NCBI GenBank assembly: GCA_963812795.1
Contig: CAWEWG010000002.1
Location: forward strand, 5,340 to 69,339
Direction of reading: 5' to 3'
Origin: an uncultured Alphaproteobacteria bacterium
GTDB taxonomy: Bacteria; Pseudomonadota; Alphaproteobacteria; Rhizobiales; Hyphomicrobiaceae
Length of the DNA stretch: 64,000 bases
Of this stretch, positions 46,829-55,920 are shown one piece after another. Below the pieces are notes generated by a model, which was given only the letters and a program-made list of their open reading frames with translations, had not been told where the DNA came from and did no database searches. A program made the position numbers and the translations under genes. How positions within the stretch are numbered: position 1 is the stretch's first letter; each line of letters starts with the position of its first letter.

Positions 46829-49651
46829 CTAGTAGCCGAAGCTCTGTCGGAAAATGTCGTTGGCCGACGAGCCTCGACTGACGACGCGCTGGCTGTCGCC
46901 ACCGTCGCCACCGCCAACATATCCCCCGCTGACAACGCGCCGGCCGCTACGGCGTGCCTTGGCCCGTCCGGTGCTCTCGGCATCGTTCAGCCGCTGCGCC
47001 AATTCCACCTGAGCCAGGTGATCGGTACCCTTGTTGATGGAGTCCCACTTGCCTTCCAACGCCTGAGTGATGCGCTTTTCGTGGCCGTAGACGTCCTTCT
47101 CGGTAGTCACGTCACCGCTGTCGTCGACCTGCGCGGTGAAATACGTGATGTGTACCGGAATGTGATGGTTGAGCGGCACGCCGAGCTCCTCCGGCTCGCC
47201 GTCGAGAAGCTCGTCGACCTCCTTGACGCTCCAGCCCTTGTCGATGCCGAGCAGCGTTTCGGCGAGCCGCTGCGGGTTCTTCACGCGCACGCAGCCATGG
47301 CTGAAGGTGCGCTCCGACGCGCTGAACAGGCCCTTGCTCTGAGTGTCGTGCATGTAGACGGAGTGCTTGTTCGGAAACGTGAACTTCATGCGCCCCAGGG
47401 CGTTGCCCGGACCCGACGGCTGATAGACGTCGTAGTTGCGGATGTCGGCCGTGCCCCAGTTGACGCTGCTGGCCTTCACCTCGCGGCCGTTGCGCACGAG
47501 CTTCATGCCCTGGCGATGGAAGTATCCGCCGCCGCGAGCAAGGCTGGGGAGTATCTCCTTCACCTTGATGCTTTCAGGAACGTTCCAGCGCGGGTGGAAA
47601 TAGATGGTCTCCAGATCCTGCGAGAAGATGGGCGTCTGCTTGTCCAATTCGCCGACGATCACCCGCTCCGAGTGCACCACCTGCCCGTGGTCGATGACGC
47701 TCACGGTATATTCGGGCACGTTCACCCAGACGTACGTATCACCGAGATCCTGCGGCATCCAACGCCACTGCTCCATGTTGGCGAGCAGCGTGGCGGGCGA
47801 GACTTGCTTACCCTCGTTGAGGGCGCGGCGCGTCTTGGCGTTGATGACGCCGTTGGCGGGAGTGATGTCGCGCTTCTCCTGGAAGGCCTTCACCACCTCG
47901 GCCAACTCGTCGTCATACACTTCAATCGCACCGTCGACGGCGTGAACGCCGAGGCGCTCGCGCACGAGTGCGATGTCCTTGTGCGTCGTTCCCGGGTAGA
48001 GCTTCGAGCCTTTCGTCGGGATGGTGACAATCGTATTCAAGCCACCGTCGCGGTGTGCCAGATACTGCTGACGCAGCTTTTCGAATTGCGCATGCTGGGG
48101 ATGCAGTGTGCGCAGGTACTCGCCGGGAGCGTTGCTGGCGGCGAGCTGCTCCATCACCAACAGTGGATGACGCAGCGTCGGCTTGCGGTCGAGGTAGGAG
48201 CTGAGCTGCGTCGCCGGATCCTCGATGCGGCCGCCGCGCGCATAGCGTGCGTATTTGAGGGCGGCGAGCGAAAGCCCGAGTTCGGCGTTGACGAGAGCGT
48301 TTTCCGACGGTGGTGCGCCGGGCGCCTGCTTAGCGAGCACGGGTATCTCGAAGGCGCTCGCCTGCAGGCCCCAGTCGTCGGCGCGCTTGATCTCCTCGTT
48401 GGCGGCGACGGCCTTTGGCGTCCAACCGTTCTTATCGACCCACACCGGCTCGGTACGCGCGGCATAGAACATCCACAGCCCGTCGCGGTCGGCCTGCGTC
48501 GTGCCTTCTGGAAGCGGCGCCAGAAGCTTGCGGCGGACCGACAGCAGCAGCGGTTGCTCGGATGCCATGAAGGCCGGGGGCGCGGGCGGCTCGACGGGTG
48601 CGGCTGTCGCCGGGGCGACGAAGTTTATGCCCAGCGTCAGCCCGGTGAAAAGTGTCGCGACACTGACGGCGGGTTTGAACACGGGTTTCTTCTCGGGCTT
48701 GGGAGGCATCGGGGTGCTCTCTGCTGCAACGGGTTCAAGTTGGGCGCGGTGGGCTTCCTCCGGCGTCAGCACGCCGGCGGCAGTGACGGTCTTGAGGACG
48801 AAATTGCGCGCACGCAGCGCCGCCGCGGCGTCGCGATCGATACGCCGCGCTTCCGGCGCCTGCGGCAGCGCCACCAGAAGTGCCGCCTCGGCATCGGAAA
48901 GCTTGCGCGGCTCCTTGCCGAAGTATCTGAGAGAGGCAGCGCGCACGCCTTTGACGCGCCCGCCGAAGGGGGCGAGGGCGAGGTAGAGCCCGAGGATCTG
49001 TTGCTTGCTGAGCTGCCGCTCGAGCTGGAACGCGCGGATGATCTGGCGCAGCTTTACCGATGGCGTACGCTGGTATTGATTGTCGAGCAGCCGCGCGACC
49101 TGCATGGTCAGCGTGGAGCCGCCACTGACGATGCGTTGTTTCAAGATGAGATCGCGGGCGGCGCGGGCGATGCCGAAGGGGTCTACCCCGATGTGCGAGT
49201 AGAAGCGTCGATCCTCGAAGGCGAACAGCATGGCGAGGTAGCGCGGATCGACGTGCTCGGGGGCCAGGACGACCGGGGCAAGGTCCGACTGTTGGGCCGC
49301 ACGGTGCTGGGCGGATCCGGGAAGAAGGTAAGCAACGCTCTGCAGCGGCGGCGGCCCCAGCTGCGCCATGGCGACCTGCAGCCCGACCTGCACGATGAGC
49401 GCGAGAGAGGCGCCGGCAAACGCGGCAAAGGCGACGTACCGACCGATGCGCTGGAGCACAGCCGGCCGGCGTACGCGGCCGGCTTCCGCATTTGCGCTGG
49501 CTGCCCCGGCAACCGCCTCAAGTCGGGAGCGCCTCTGCGCGGCGCCTCCGTCTTTTGGGCTCGACATTGCGTCCTCGCCGACCGCTTCCACCCGGGCCCC
49601 CTCATGTCCGGGCCCCTCGCCGCGACGCTCTCCCGCGGCAAGTTTCGGCAT
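46829..49651 (-). CDS. Chimeric GT51 peptidoglycan glycosyltransferase / YcbB-type L,D-transpeptidase ORF
   Basis: N-terminal TM anchor. GT51 motifs EDRRFYSHIGVD, GGSTLTMQ, RAFQLE, LRYFGKEP and LPQAP. An internal signal-peptide-like segment starts at codon 316. PG-binding repeat (VRERLG...VVKAFQEKRDITPANGVINAKTRRAL). YkuD catalytic motif HSVYMHDT...SHGCVRV. There is no in-frame stop over 941 codons. Confidence 0.8.
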   Translation of the reverse strand: MPKLAAGERRGEGPGHEGARVEAVGEDAMSSPKDGGAAQRRSRLEAVAGAASANAEAGRVRRPAVLQRIGRYVAFAAFAGASLALIVQVGLQVAMAQLGPPPLQSVAYLLPGSAQHRAAQQSDLAPVVLAPEHVDPRYLAMLFAFEDRRFYSHIGVDPFGIARAARDLILKQRIVSGGSTLTMQVARLLDNQYQRTPSVKLRQIIRAFQLERQLSKQQILGLYLALAPFGGRVKGVRAASLRYFGKEPRKLSDAEAALLVALPQAPEARRIDRDAAAALRARNFVLKTVTAAGVLTPEEAHRAQLEPVAAESTPMPPKPEKKPVFKPAVSVATLFTGLTLGINFVAPATAAPVEPPAPPAFMASEQPLLLSVRRKLLAPLPEGTTQADRDGLWMFYAARTEPVWVDKNGWTPKAVAANEEIKRADDWGLQASAFEIPVLAKQAPGAPPSENALVNAELGLSLAALKYARYARGGRIEDPATQLSSYLDRKPTLRHPLLVMEQLAASNAPGEYLRTLHPQHAQFEKLRQQYLAHRDGGLNTIVTIPTKGSKLYPGTTHKDIALVRERLGVHAVDGAIEVYDDELAEVVKAFQEKRDITPANGVINAKTRRALNEGKQVSPATLLANMEQWRWMPQDLGDTYVWVNVPEYTVSVIDHGQVVHSERVIVGELDKQTPIFSQDLETIYFHPRWNVPESIKVKEILPSLARGGGYFHRQGMKLVRNGREVKASSVNWGTADIRNYDVYQPSGPGNALGRMKFTFPNKHSVYMHDTQSKGLFSASERTFSHGCVRVKNPQRLAETLLGIDKGWSVKEVDELLDGEPEELGVPLNHHIPVHITYFTAQVDDSGDVTTEKDVYGHEKRITQALEGKWDSINKGTDHLAQVELAQRLNDAESTGRAKARRSGRRVVSGGYVGGGDGGDSQRVVSRGSSANDIFRQSFGY

Positions 49652-49833
49652 CAACGACGATGAACTGAACGATCACAACCAAAACCACCGAACCATGTTT
49701 ACCGGTTACGAATGTGGTCTGAGCGATTTGAATCTTCCCGACGGCAACGCGGAATAACTGTTTCTGCCGGTCTGATTGGAATGCGCGCGGGTTCGTGCCG
49801 GCGATGGCCGAAGCAGGCTGGCTATTTGGGAAG

Positions 49834-50727
49834 TCAGGGGGTCTGTTTGGCGAGGTGATCGAGCGCGCCGCGCAACTGGCCGCCGACTTCTTCGAGTGCT
49901 GCCGTCGCATCGGACAGGTCGTAGCCCTGCAGCAGCAGGACGGCGAGCTTGACGCTGCCGTTCGACCGCTCGAGGGCTTCGCGCACCTGCGGATGGCTTT
50001 GACCGGTGAGTTCGGCAACCATCTTCTCGCGCCGCTTGGCCAGTTTGGCGTTGCTGGCCTGCACCTCGACCATCATGCCGCGGTAGATGCGCCCGAGGCG
50101 GATCATCACCAGCGTCGACAGCAGATTGAGCGTGATGCGTTGGGCCGTACCGGCGTTCATGCGGGTTGAGCCGGCAATCGGCTCGGGACCCGTCGCCAGC
50201 AGGATTGGATGATCGGCGTCGACGAGCAGCGGTGTGCCGGCGTTGTTGGCGATGCCGATCGTCAGGCAGCCGCGACGACGCGCTTCGCGCATACAAGTCA
50301 AGGTGAACGGCGTTGTTCCGCTCGCCGCCGTGGCGATGAGGACATCGGTGGCATCGACGCCGTGCTCTTCAATGAGCTCGGCAGCACGTTCGACATCGTC
50401 CTCGGCGCCCTCGACGGCCTGCGTCATCGCCTCCTCGCCACCGGCCAGCAGCAGCAATAACCGGTCGGGCGGCCAACTGAAGGTCGGCATCAGCTCGGCG
50501 CCATCCTGCACGGCGAGCCGCCCCGAGGTGCCGGCGCCGACATAAATGAGGCGTCCGCGCCGACGCAGCCTTGCCTCGATGGCGAGAGCTGCCTCCTCGA
50601 TGGCCGACGCCGCAGTGCGGACTGCCGCCACGGAAGCCAATTGCCCCTCGATCATCGCATCCAGGATGTCGCCCGGCTGCCAGAGCTCGATGTCCGCGTA
50701 GCGGGGGCTTAACCGTTCCGTATTCAT
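49834..50727 (-). CDS. murQ: N-acetylmuramic acid 6-phosphate etherase
   Basis: SIS-domain etherase pattern: RLIYVGAGTSGRL...ASGTTPF...GSTRMNAGTAQRITLNLLST, plus the C-terminal UBA-like tail. Confidence 0.88.
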   Translation of the reverse strand: MNTERLSPRYADIELWQPGDILDAMIEGQLASVAAVRTAASAIEEAALAIEARLRRRGRLIYVGAGTSGRLAVQDGAELMPTFSWPPDRLLLLLAGGEEAMTQAVEGAEDDVERAAELIEEHGVDATDVLIATAASGTTPFTLTCMREARRRGCLTIGIANNAGTPLLVDADHPILLATGPEPIAGSTRMNAGTAQRITLNLLSTLVMIRLGRIYRGMMVEVQASNAKLAKRREKMVAELTGQSHPQVREALERSNGSVKLAVLLLQGYDLSDATAALEEVGGQLRGALDHLAKQTP

Positions 50728-50788
50728 GGGGGCAGCGTTGGCACTAAGTCATTTCCGCTACGTTTATAGTGATGTCTACCTAACGTAG

Positions 50789-51712
50789 ATGTTCAGGAAC
50801 ATGCAGCCAATGGTCAGGACGGCATTACTTCTTGGTATAGATGGGGGCGGAACCGCTTGCCGCGCCCGCCTGGCCGACCTCAACGGCGATATCCGCGGTG
50901 AGGCGACCGCCGGTCCCGCCAACATTCGTTTCGGCATTAAGGAGAGCTTTGCGCAGGTACTGCGGGCGACCGACGAGGCGCTGGCGCAAGCCGGGCTGGC
51001 GCTCGAGGACGCCGATATCGTCGCCTGCCTGGCGCTGGCCGGCGCCAGCGAGCCGACGCACCTTGCCGCCGCACGCGCTTTTCAGCTTCCGTTCCGCCGC
51101 GCGATCTTCACCACCGATGCGCACGCCGCCTGCGTCGGCGCGCACGGCGGCGAGGACGGGGGCATTATCATCGTCGGCACGGGTAGCATCGGCTGGGGCC
51201 TCGTCGGTGGGCGCGAATACCGTGTGGGCGGATGGGGCTTTCCCGTCTCCGACGAAGGCAGCGGCGCATGGATCGGCTGCGAGGTGGCCCGCCGCGTGCT
51301 GTGGGCATACGACGGCCGCAGACCGTGGAGCGGCCTCTTGAAAAAGGTGCTGGAGCGTTTCGACGGCGATCCGCACGTCATCGTCCGCTGGATGGGCGCG
51401 GCGCGACCGCGCGACTTTGCCTCGCTGGCGCCGCTGGTGATCGAGTATGCTGGACGCGACGACGCGGTGGCACACGAGCTGATGCGCGAGGCCGCGGCGC
51501 AGATCGACGTGCTCGCCCAGCGATTGGCGGTGTTGGGCGTGCCGCAACTGGCGCTTGCCGGCGGCCTCGCCAAGAGCATGGAGCCATGGCTGGCGGCGAC
51601 GACGCAGGAGCATCTCGTCATACCGAGAGGGGATGCATTGAGCGGGGCGCTGCACATGGCACGCGACGAAGCTGAACGATTGGCGCTGGCGCGGTCGGCG
51701 GTCAATCATTGA
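50789..51712 (+). CDS. nagK: N-acetylglucosamine kinase (BadF/BadG/BcrA/BcrD ATPase family)
   Basis: LLGIDGGGTACRARL, IIVGTGSIG, GGWGFPVSDEGSGAWIG. The start codon is uncertain (50789, 50801 or 50810). Confidence 0.75.
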   Translation: MFRNMQPMVRTALLLGIDGGGTACRARLADLNGDIRGEATAGPANIRFGIKESFAQVLRATDEALAQAGLALEDADIVACLALAGASEPTHLAAARAFQLPFRRAIFTTDAHAACVGAHGGEDGGIIIVGTGSIGWGLVGGREYRVGGWGFPVSDEGSGAWIGCEVARRVLWAYDGRRPWSGLLKKVLERFDGDPHVIVRWMGAARPRDFASLAPLVIEYAGRDDAVAHELMREAAAQIDVLAQRLAVLGVPQLALAGGLAKSMEPWLAATTQEHLVIPRGDALSGALHMARDEAERLALARSAVNH

Positions 51713-51732
51713 AGGGGTCGGCCGGGCGAAGC

Positions 51733-52764
51733 ATGGGCAACGCGAAAGCACAGATGGCGCAAGAGCTGAGCGAGGCGCCACTGGCCATCCGTCGCCAGGC
51801 GGAGGCGCTGGCGCCGCCGCTGTCCGCGCTCGTGCAGCGCCTTGCGCGCAGACCGCCGCAGGTCGTCGTCACCTGCGCCCGCGGCAGCTCGGCGCACGCA
51901 GCGGCATTCGCCAAGCATTTGATCGAGCGCTACGTGGGGATTCCGGTGGCACCTGCGGCGCCGAGCGTCGCCAGCATCTACGGGCAATCGATGCACCTCA
52001 AGGGTCAATTGGTGCTGTCCATCTCGCAGTCCGGACGTAGCGACGATCTCATCGCCTTCACGAAGAGTGCCAAGGATGCCGGTGCCATCACCGTCGCCGT
52101 CGTCAACGTCACGGATTCGCCGCTGGCCGAGACGTGCGATTTCGTCTTGCCGATTTGCGCCGGACCCGAGCTGAGCGTGGCGGCGACGAAGACGTTCATT
52201 GCCACGGTGGCGGCGCTTGCGAGGCTCACGGCGGCCTGGGCCGACGAGCGCACGCTGACGGAGGCCATCGCGCGATTGCCGGACCGGTTGGTCGACGCCG
52301 CGGCGCTGGATTGGAGCGCGGCGGTGCCGGCGGTTGCCAACGCGGCAAGTCTGGTGACCATCGGGCGCGGCTCGACGCTGGCGATCGCGCGTGAAGCCGC
52401 GCTCAAATTGAAGGAGACGTGCAATCGCCACGCCGAAGCCTTCAGCGGCGCGGAATTCCTGCACGGCCCGGTTTCGCTCGTGTCCTCGCGCTACCCGATC
52501 CTGATGTTCATGCCGACGGACGCCGCGGCGCCGGGCATGCGTCAGCTCGCCGGCGAGTTGCGTCGCATGGGCACGGCCTTGTTCATCGCCGAGCATGGCG
52601 AGGGTGCCCCCAACCGGCTGCCGACGTTGCCCCCCGATCAACCGGAGACCGATGCGATCTGTCTCATCCAGAGCTTCTACGCCCTGGCCGTCGATGTCGC
52701 CCAGCACCTCGACATCGACGTCGACAAGCCGCGGCATCTCAGCAAAGTGACCAGCACGCTATGA
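51733..52764 (+). CDS. SIS-domain sugar-phosphate isomerase/deaminase (AgaS/GlmS-C-like)
   Basis: Two SIS repeats (VVTCARGSSAHAA...SQSGRSDD; VTIGRGSTLAIAREAALKLKE...EFLHGP). The stop overlaps the nagA start (ATGA). Confidence 0.8.
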   Translation: MGNAKAQMAQELSEAPLAIRRQAEALAPPLSALVQRLARRPPQVVVTCARGSSAHAAAFAKHLIERYVGIPVAPAAPSVASIYGQSMHLKGQLVLSISQSGRSDDLIAFTKSAKDAGAITVAVVNVTDSPLAETCDFVLPICAGPELSVAATKTFIATVAALARLTAAWADERTLTEAIARLPDRLVDAAALDWSAAVPAVANAASLVTIGRGSTLAIAREAALKLKETCNRHAEAFSGAEFLHGPVSLVSSRYPILMFMPTDAAAPGMRQLAGELRRMGTALFIAEHGEGAPNRLPTLPPDQPETDAICLIQSFYALAVDVAQHLDIDVDKPRHLSKVTSTL

Positions 52765-53924
52765 GCGGAACGAACGGATCCGGTGCCCACGCCGTCGCCG
52801 CAAGCTGCATCTTCGACGGCGTCGCCGTCGTGCGCGACAGCGCCGTCATCATCGAGGGTGCGCATATCGTCGACGTGAAGCCGTTCGGTGACGTTCCCGC
52901 CTCGATGCCCGTACGCGTGCTCCCGGGCGAATCCTGGCTCGCGCCCGGGTTCATCGACGTGCAGGTCAACGGCGGTGGCGACGTGCTGTTCAACGACACG
53001 CCGACGGTGGAGGGCATCAACGCCATTGCCGCCGCGCATCGCCGCTTCGGCACTACGGGCCTATTGCCGACGCTGATCAGCGACACGTATGACAAGACCC
53101 GCACCGCCATGCATGCCGCGCAGAAAGCCGCTACCGGGAATCCAAGCGTGCTCGGCATCCACATCGAAGGACCGTTCTTGTCGCCGGAGAAGCGCGGCGT
53201 GCACGACGCGGACCTGTTCCGCAAACCCGAGGCGCGCGATTTGGAGCTGCTGACGTCGTGGCCGGCAGGTGCCGTGCTGGTGACGCTGGCGCCCGAGCGC
53301 GTGCCGGAAGGCTTCATCGCCGAGCTGGCGCGGTGCGGCGTTAAAGTTTCCCTCGGCCATTCGATGGCGACGTATGCCGAAACCAAGGCCGCGCTCGCCG
53401 ACGGGCTGACCGGCTTCACGCACCTGTTCAATGCGATGCGCCCGCTCGGCAGCCGCGATCCAGGGCCGATCGCCGCCGCGTTGGAATCGCCCTGCGCCTA
53501 CATCGGCATGATCGTCGACGGCGAGCACGTTTCGGCGGAAATGCTGCGCCTCGCTCTGCGCGGCGAGGGGCGGCCGATGTTGGTGACAGATGCGATGCCC
53601 CCGGTCGGCGGGCGCAAGCAGAGCTTCACGCTCTATGGGGAAGAGATGAGCGTGCGCGACGGACGCTGCACCAGGGCCGATGGTACGCTCGCCGGCGCGG
53701 CGCTGGATATGGCCACTGCGGTACGCAACACCGTGCGCGACTTGGGCGTGCCGCTGACGAGCGCGCTGCGTTTTGCCTCGACCGAGCCGGCCGAGTTTCT
53801 TGGCCTCGGCACGATCCTCGGACGTCTGGCGCCGGCCTTCCGCGCCGACATGGTGGCCTTCGACCCCGAGAGCATCGAAGTGCTCGACACTTGGGTCGCC
53901 GGCCAGCCTGCCGACAAGAAGTAG
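52761..53924 (+). CDS. nagA: N-acetylglucosamine-6-phosphate deacetylase
   Basis: The ATG at 52761 overlaps the upstream stop. Motifs: GFIDVQVNGGG, GIHIEGPF, HLFNAM, VTDAM. Confidence 0.88.
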   Translation: MSGTNGSGAHAVAASCIFDGVAVVRDSAVIIEGAHIVDVKPFGDVPASMPVRVLPGESWLAPGFIDVQVNGGGDVLFNDTPTVEGINAIAAAHRRFGTTGLLPTLISDTYDKTRTAMHAAQKAATGNPSVLGIHIEGPFLSPEKRGVHDADLFRKPEARDLELLTSWPAGAVLVTLAPERVPEGFIAELARCGVKVSLGHSMATYAETKAALADGLTGFTHLFNAMRPLGSRDPGPIAAALESPCAYIGMIVDGEHVSAEMLRLALRGEGRPMLVTDAMPPVGGRKQSFTLYGEEMSVRDGRCTRADGTLAGAALDMATAVRNTVRDLGVPLTSALRFASTEPAEFLGLGTILGRLAPAFRADMVAFDPESIEVLDTWVAGQPADKK

Positions 53925-53963
53925 CGCGCGGCATTGGCCTAAGGGCGCGCCCAAGGTCGTCGA

Positions 53964-54764
53964 CTAGGGGCGACGCCGCGTGCGCGACTTCGGCATGGCG
54001 AGATCGATCCACACTGGAGCATGGTCGCTGGCGCCTTTCCTGCCGCGCACCGGTCGGTCGACGCCTGCCGCTTGCAGCCGCGGGGCGAGCGCGGGGCTGA
54101 GCAACAGATGGTCAAGGCGTAACCCGGCATCGCGCTCCCAGCGGTGGCGCAAATAGTGCCAGAACGTATAGATGCGCGCGTCCGGATGGAGTTCGCGCAA
54201 CGCGTCCGTCCAGCCCTGCTTGACGAGACGCGCGTAGGCGGACCGGCTCTGCGGCTGAATGAGCGCGTCGTCGTCCCACGATGTGGTCGGGTAGATGTCG
54301 ATGTCGGTTGGCGCGACGTTGTAGTCGCCGGCGAGAACGACCGGGATGTCCTCGCGCAGCAGTGACCGCGCGTGCGCTGCCAGGCGCTTGAGCCACGCAA
54401 GCTTGTAGTCGAACTTCGGCCCCGGCTGCGGATTGCCGTTGGGCAGATAGATGCAGCCGATCAGAATGCCGCTGACGGCAGCCTCGATGTAGCGGGCCTG
54501 CCCGTCATCGGGGTCGCCCGGCAAGGCCGTGCGCGTGACGACCGGTTCGGCACCGCGCGCCAGAATGGCGACGCCGTTCCACGTGCGCTGGCCGCGCCAT
54601 ACGGAGGCGTAGCCCGCCTTCGCCAGCGCTTCGGCGGGAAACGCATCGTCCGTGCACTTTAGTTCCTGCAGGCAGACGACGTCGGGCTCGGCAGCCTTCA
54701 GCCACTGCAGGAGGTTGGGCAGACGGCGGTTGACGTTGTTGATGTTGAAGGTGGCGATCTTCAT
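53964..54764 (-). CDS. xthA: Exodeoxyribonuclease III
   Basis: The ATG at 54764 gives MKIATFNINNVNRRL...VVCLQELK...DYNVAPT...SDHAPVW, 266 aa. Confidence 0.9.
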   Translation of the reverse strand: MKIATFNINNVNRRLPNLLQWLKAAEPDVVCLQELKCTDDAFPAEALAKAGYASVWRGQRTWNGVAILARGAEPVVTRTALPGDPDDGQARYIEAAVSGILIGCIYLPNGNPQPGPKFDYKLAWLKRLAAHARSLLREDIPVVLAGDYNVAPTDIDIYPTTSWDDDALIQPQSRSAYARLVKQGWTDALRELHPDARIYTFWHYLRHRWERDAGLRLDHLLLSPALAPRLQAAGVDRPVRGRKGASDHAPVWIDLAMPKSRTRRRP

Positions 54765-54930
54765 GCACTTCGGGCGGAGCGCGCTTTCTGCCGTGCCGGA
54801 AGTCCCTTCCCCGGTTCTCCAGAAGTGTAGCAGACAGTCGGCTCCGCGTGCCGCCCTACCAAGAGGGGATGCGGGAACCGGCAACGCGCGCAGCGGGTTA
54901 GAGGCAAATCTCACCAAGGAGGTGCGTGCC

Positions 54931-55236
54931 ATGCCGCGCGGAGCGACATCGAAGTACACCAACAAGCAGGAGCGCAAGGCCGACCATATCGCCGAAGGCT
55001 ACGAGAAGCGTGGGGTCGGCAAGAAGGAGGCCGAGCGGCGTGCCTGGGCGACGGTCAACAAGGACGATGCCGGTGGCAAGAACCCTGGCGGCTCGGGTCG
55101 CGGCAAACGTACCGGCAACCCGGCGGCTCATAAGGGCGGCAAGCTTGGCGGCCGAGCCGCGGCAGCACGCCCGGCGTCGGCGCGTTCGGCGTCAGCCAAG
55201 AAGGCGGCTGCGACACGCAAGCGTCGAGGACGCTAG
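54931..55236 (+). CDS. Small basic conserved protein (101 aa)
   Basis: AAGGAGG RBS. MPRGATSKYTNKQERKADHIAEGYEKRGVGKKEAERRAWATVNK followed by a Lys/Arg/Gly/Ala-rich tail. Confidence 0.65.
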   Translation: MPRGATSKYTNKQERKADHIAEGYEKRGVGKKEAERRAWATVNKDDAGGKNPGGSGRGKRTGNPAAHKGGKLGGRAAAARPASARSASAKKAAATRKRRGR

Positions 55237-55379
55237 TTACGCGACCGAACACGAAGCGTCTGGTCTGGGCGGTTCCACAAGCCACCCGAATGCGTGGCCG
55301 TTGCAACGTTCTTAGGTAGCGCGTGTGCGGAACCGCTCGATGCTATGCCGAGTTGCCCTGCATCGAATGGAGAAACAGC

Positions 55380-55571
55380 ATGCAGATTGAAACGCGAAAA
55401 GCCGATCCGACCGATGATCGCGGTGCATTTATCGGTGGTGTGTTCGCGTGCTTCCTCGTGCTCGCTGGCCTGGTCGCCGTGGACATATTGGTTTGGGGGG
55501 ATGCGCCGTCACGGCATTTGACACAAGACGAGGACAGACAGGGGTCTATAAGCAAGGCTGACCCATCGTAA
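55380..55571 (+). CDS. Small single-TM protein (63 aa)
   Basis: GGAGA RBS upstream of ATG 55380. One TM helix (FIGGVFACFLVLAGLVAVDILVW). Confidence 0.45.
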   Translation: MQIETRKADPTDDRGAFIGGVFACFLVLAGLVAVDILVWGDAPSRHLTQDEDRQGSISKADPS

Positions 55572-55587
55572 CCTCGCAAGGTGCACT

Positions 55588-55896
55588 ATGGCGGCAGCTC
55601 CGTTGGTCGTATCGATCCCGCATTCACTCGGAAAGGCCGAGGCGTTGCGCCGCTTGCAATCCGGACTAGATGGGCTGCCTCAGACGGGCCTGTTGACGCT
55701 CGACCAGCAGGCGTGGACCGACAACCGCATGAGCTTTGCCGTGCGCGCGCTCGGCCAGTCGGTGCCGGGATCGCTCGAGGTGTTGGACGAGTCCGTGCGC
55801 CTCGAAGTCGTCCTGCCGGGGTTGCTGCTCAAGCTGTGGGAGCCGCTGAAGACGGTTCTGCTCGGGCGCGCCAAGCTGCTGCTCGAGAAGAAGTAG
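55588..55896 (+). CDS. Putative polyhydroxyalkanoic-acid-system family protein
   Basis: About 100 aa. LVVSIPHSLGKAEALRRLQ...SFAVRALGQSV.G.LEV....VRLEV.LP is the typical pattern of this small family (recalled from memory). Confidence 0.55.
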   Translation: MAAAPLVVSIPHSLGKAEALRRLQSGLDGLPQTGLLTLDQQAWTDNRMSFAVRALGQSVPGSLEVLDESVRLEVVLPGLLLKLWEPLKTVLLGRAKLLLEKK

Positions 55897-55920
55897 TTCG
55901 CCAACGCCGCGCGCAGCGCG

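Noticed and set aside
46826-49663. A 945-codon ORF fully open on the plus strand, antisense to the GT51-LDT gene
   Set aside because: Its translation is Arg/Gly/Ala/Leu-rich with no recognisable motif. It lies in the codon-complementary frame, where GC-rich genes rarely generate stops. The minus strand carries unambiguous GT51 and YkuD motifs.
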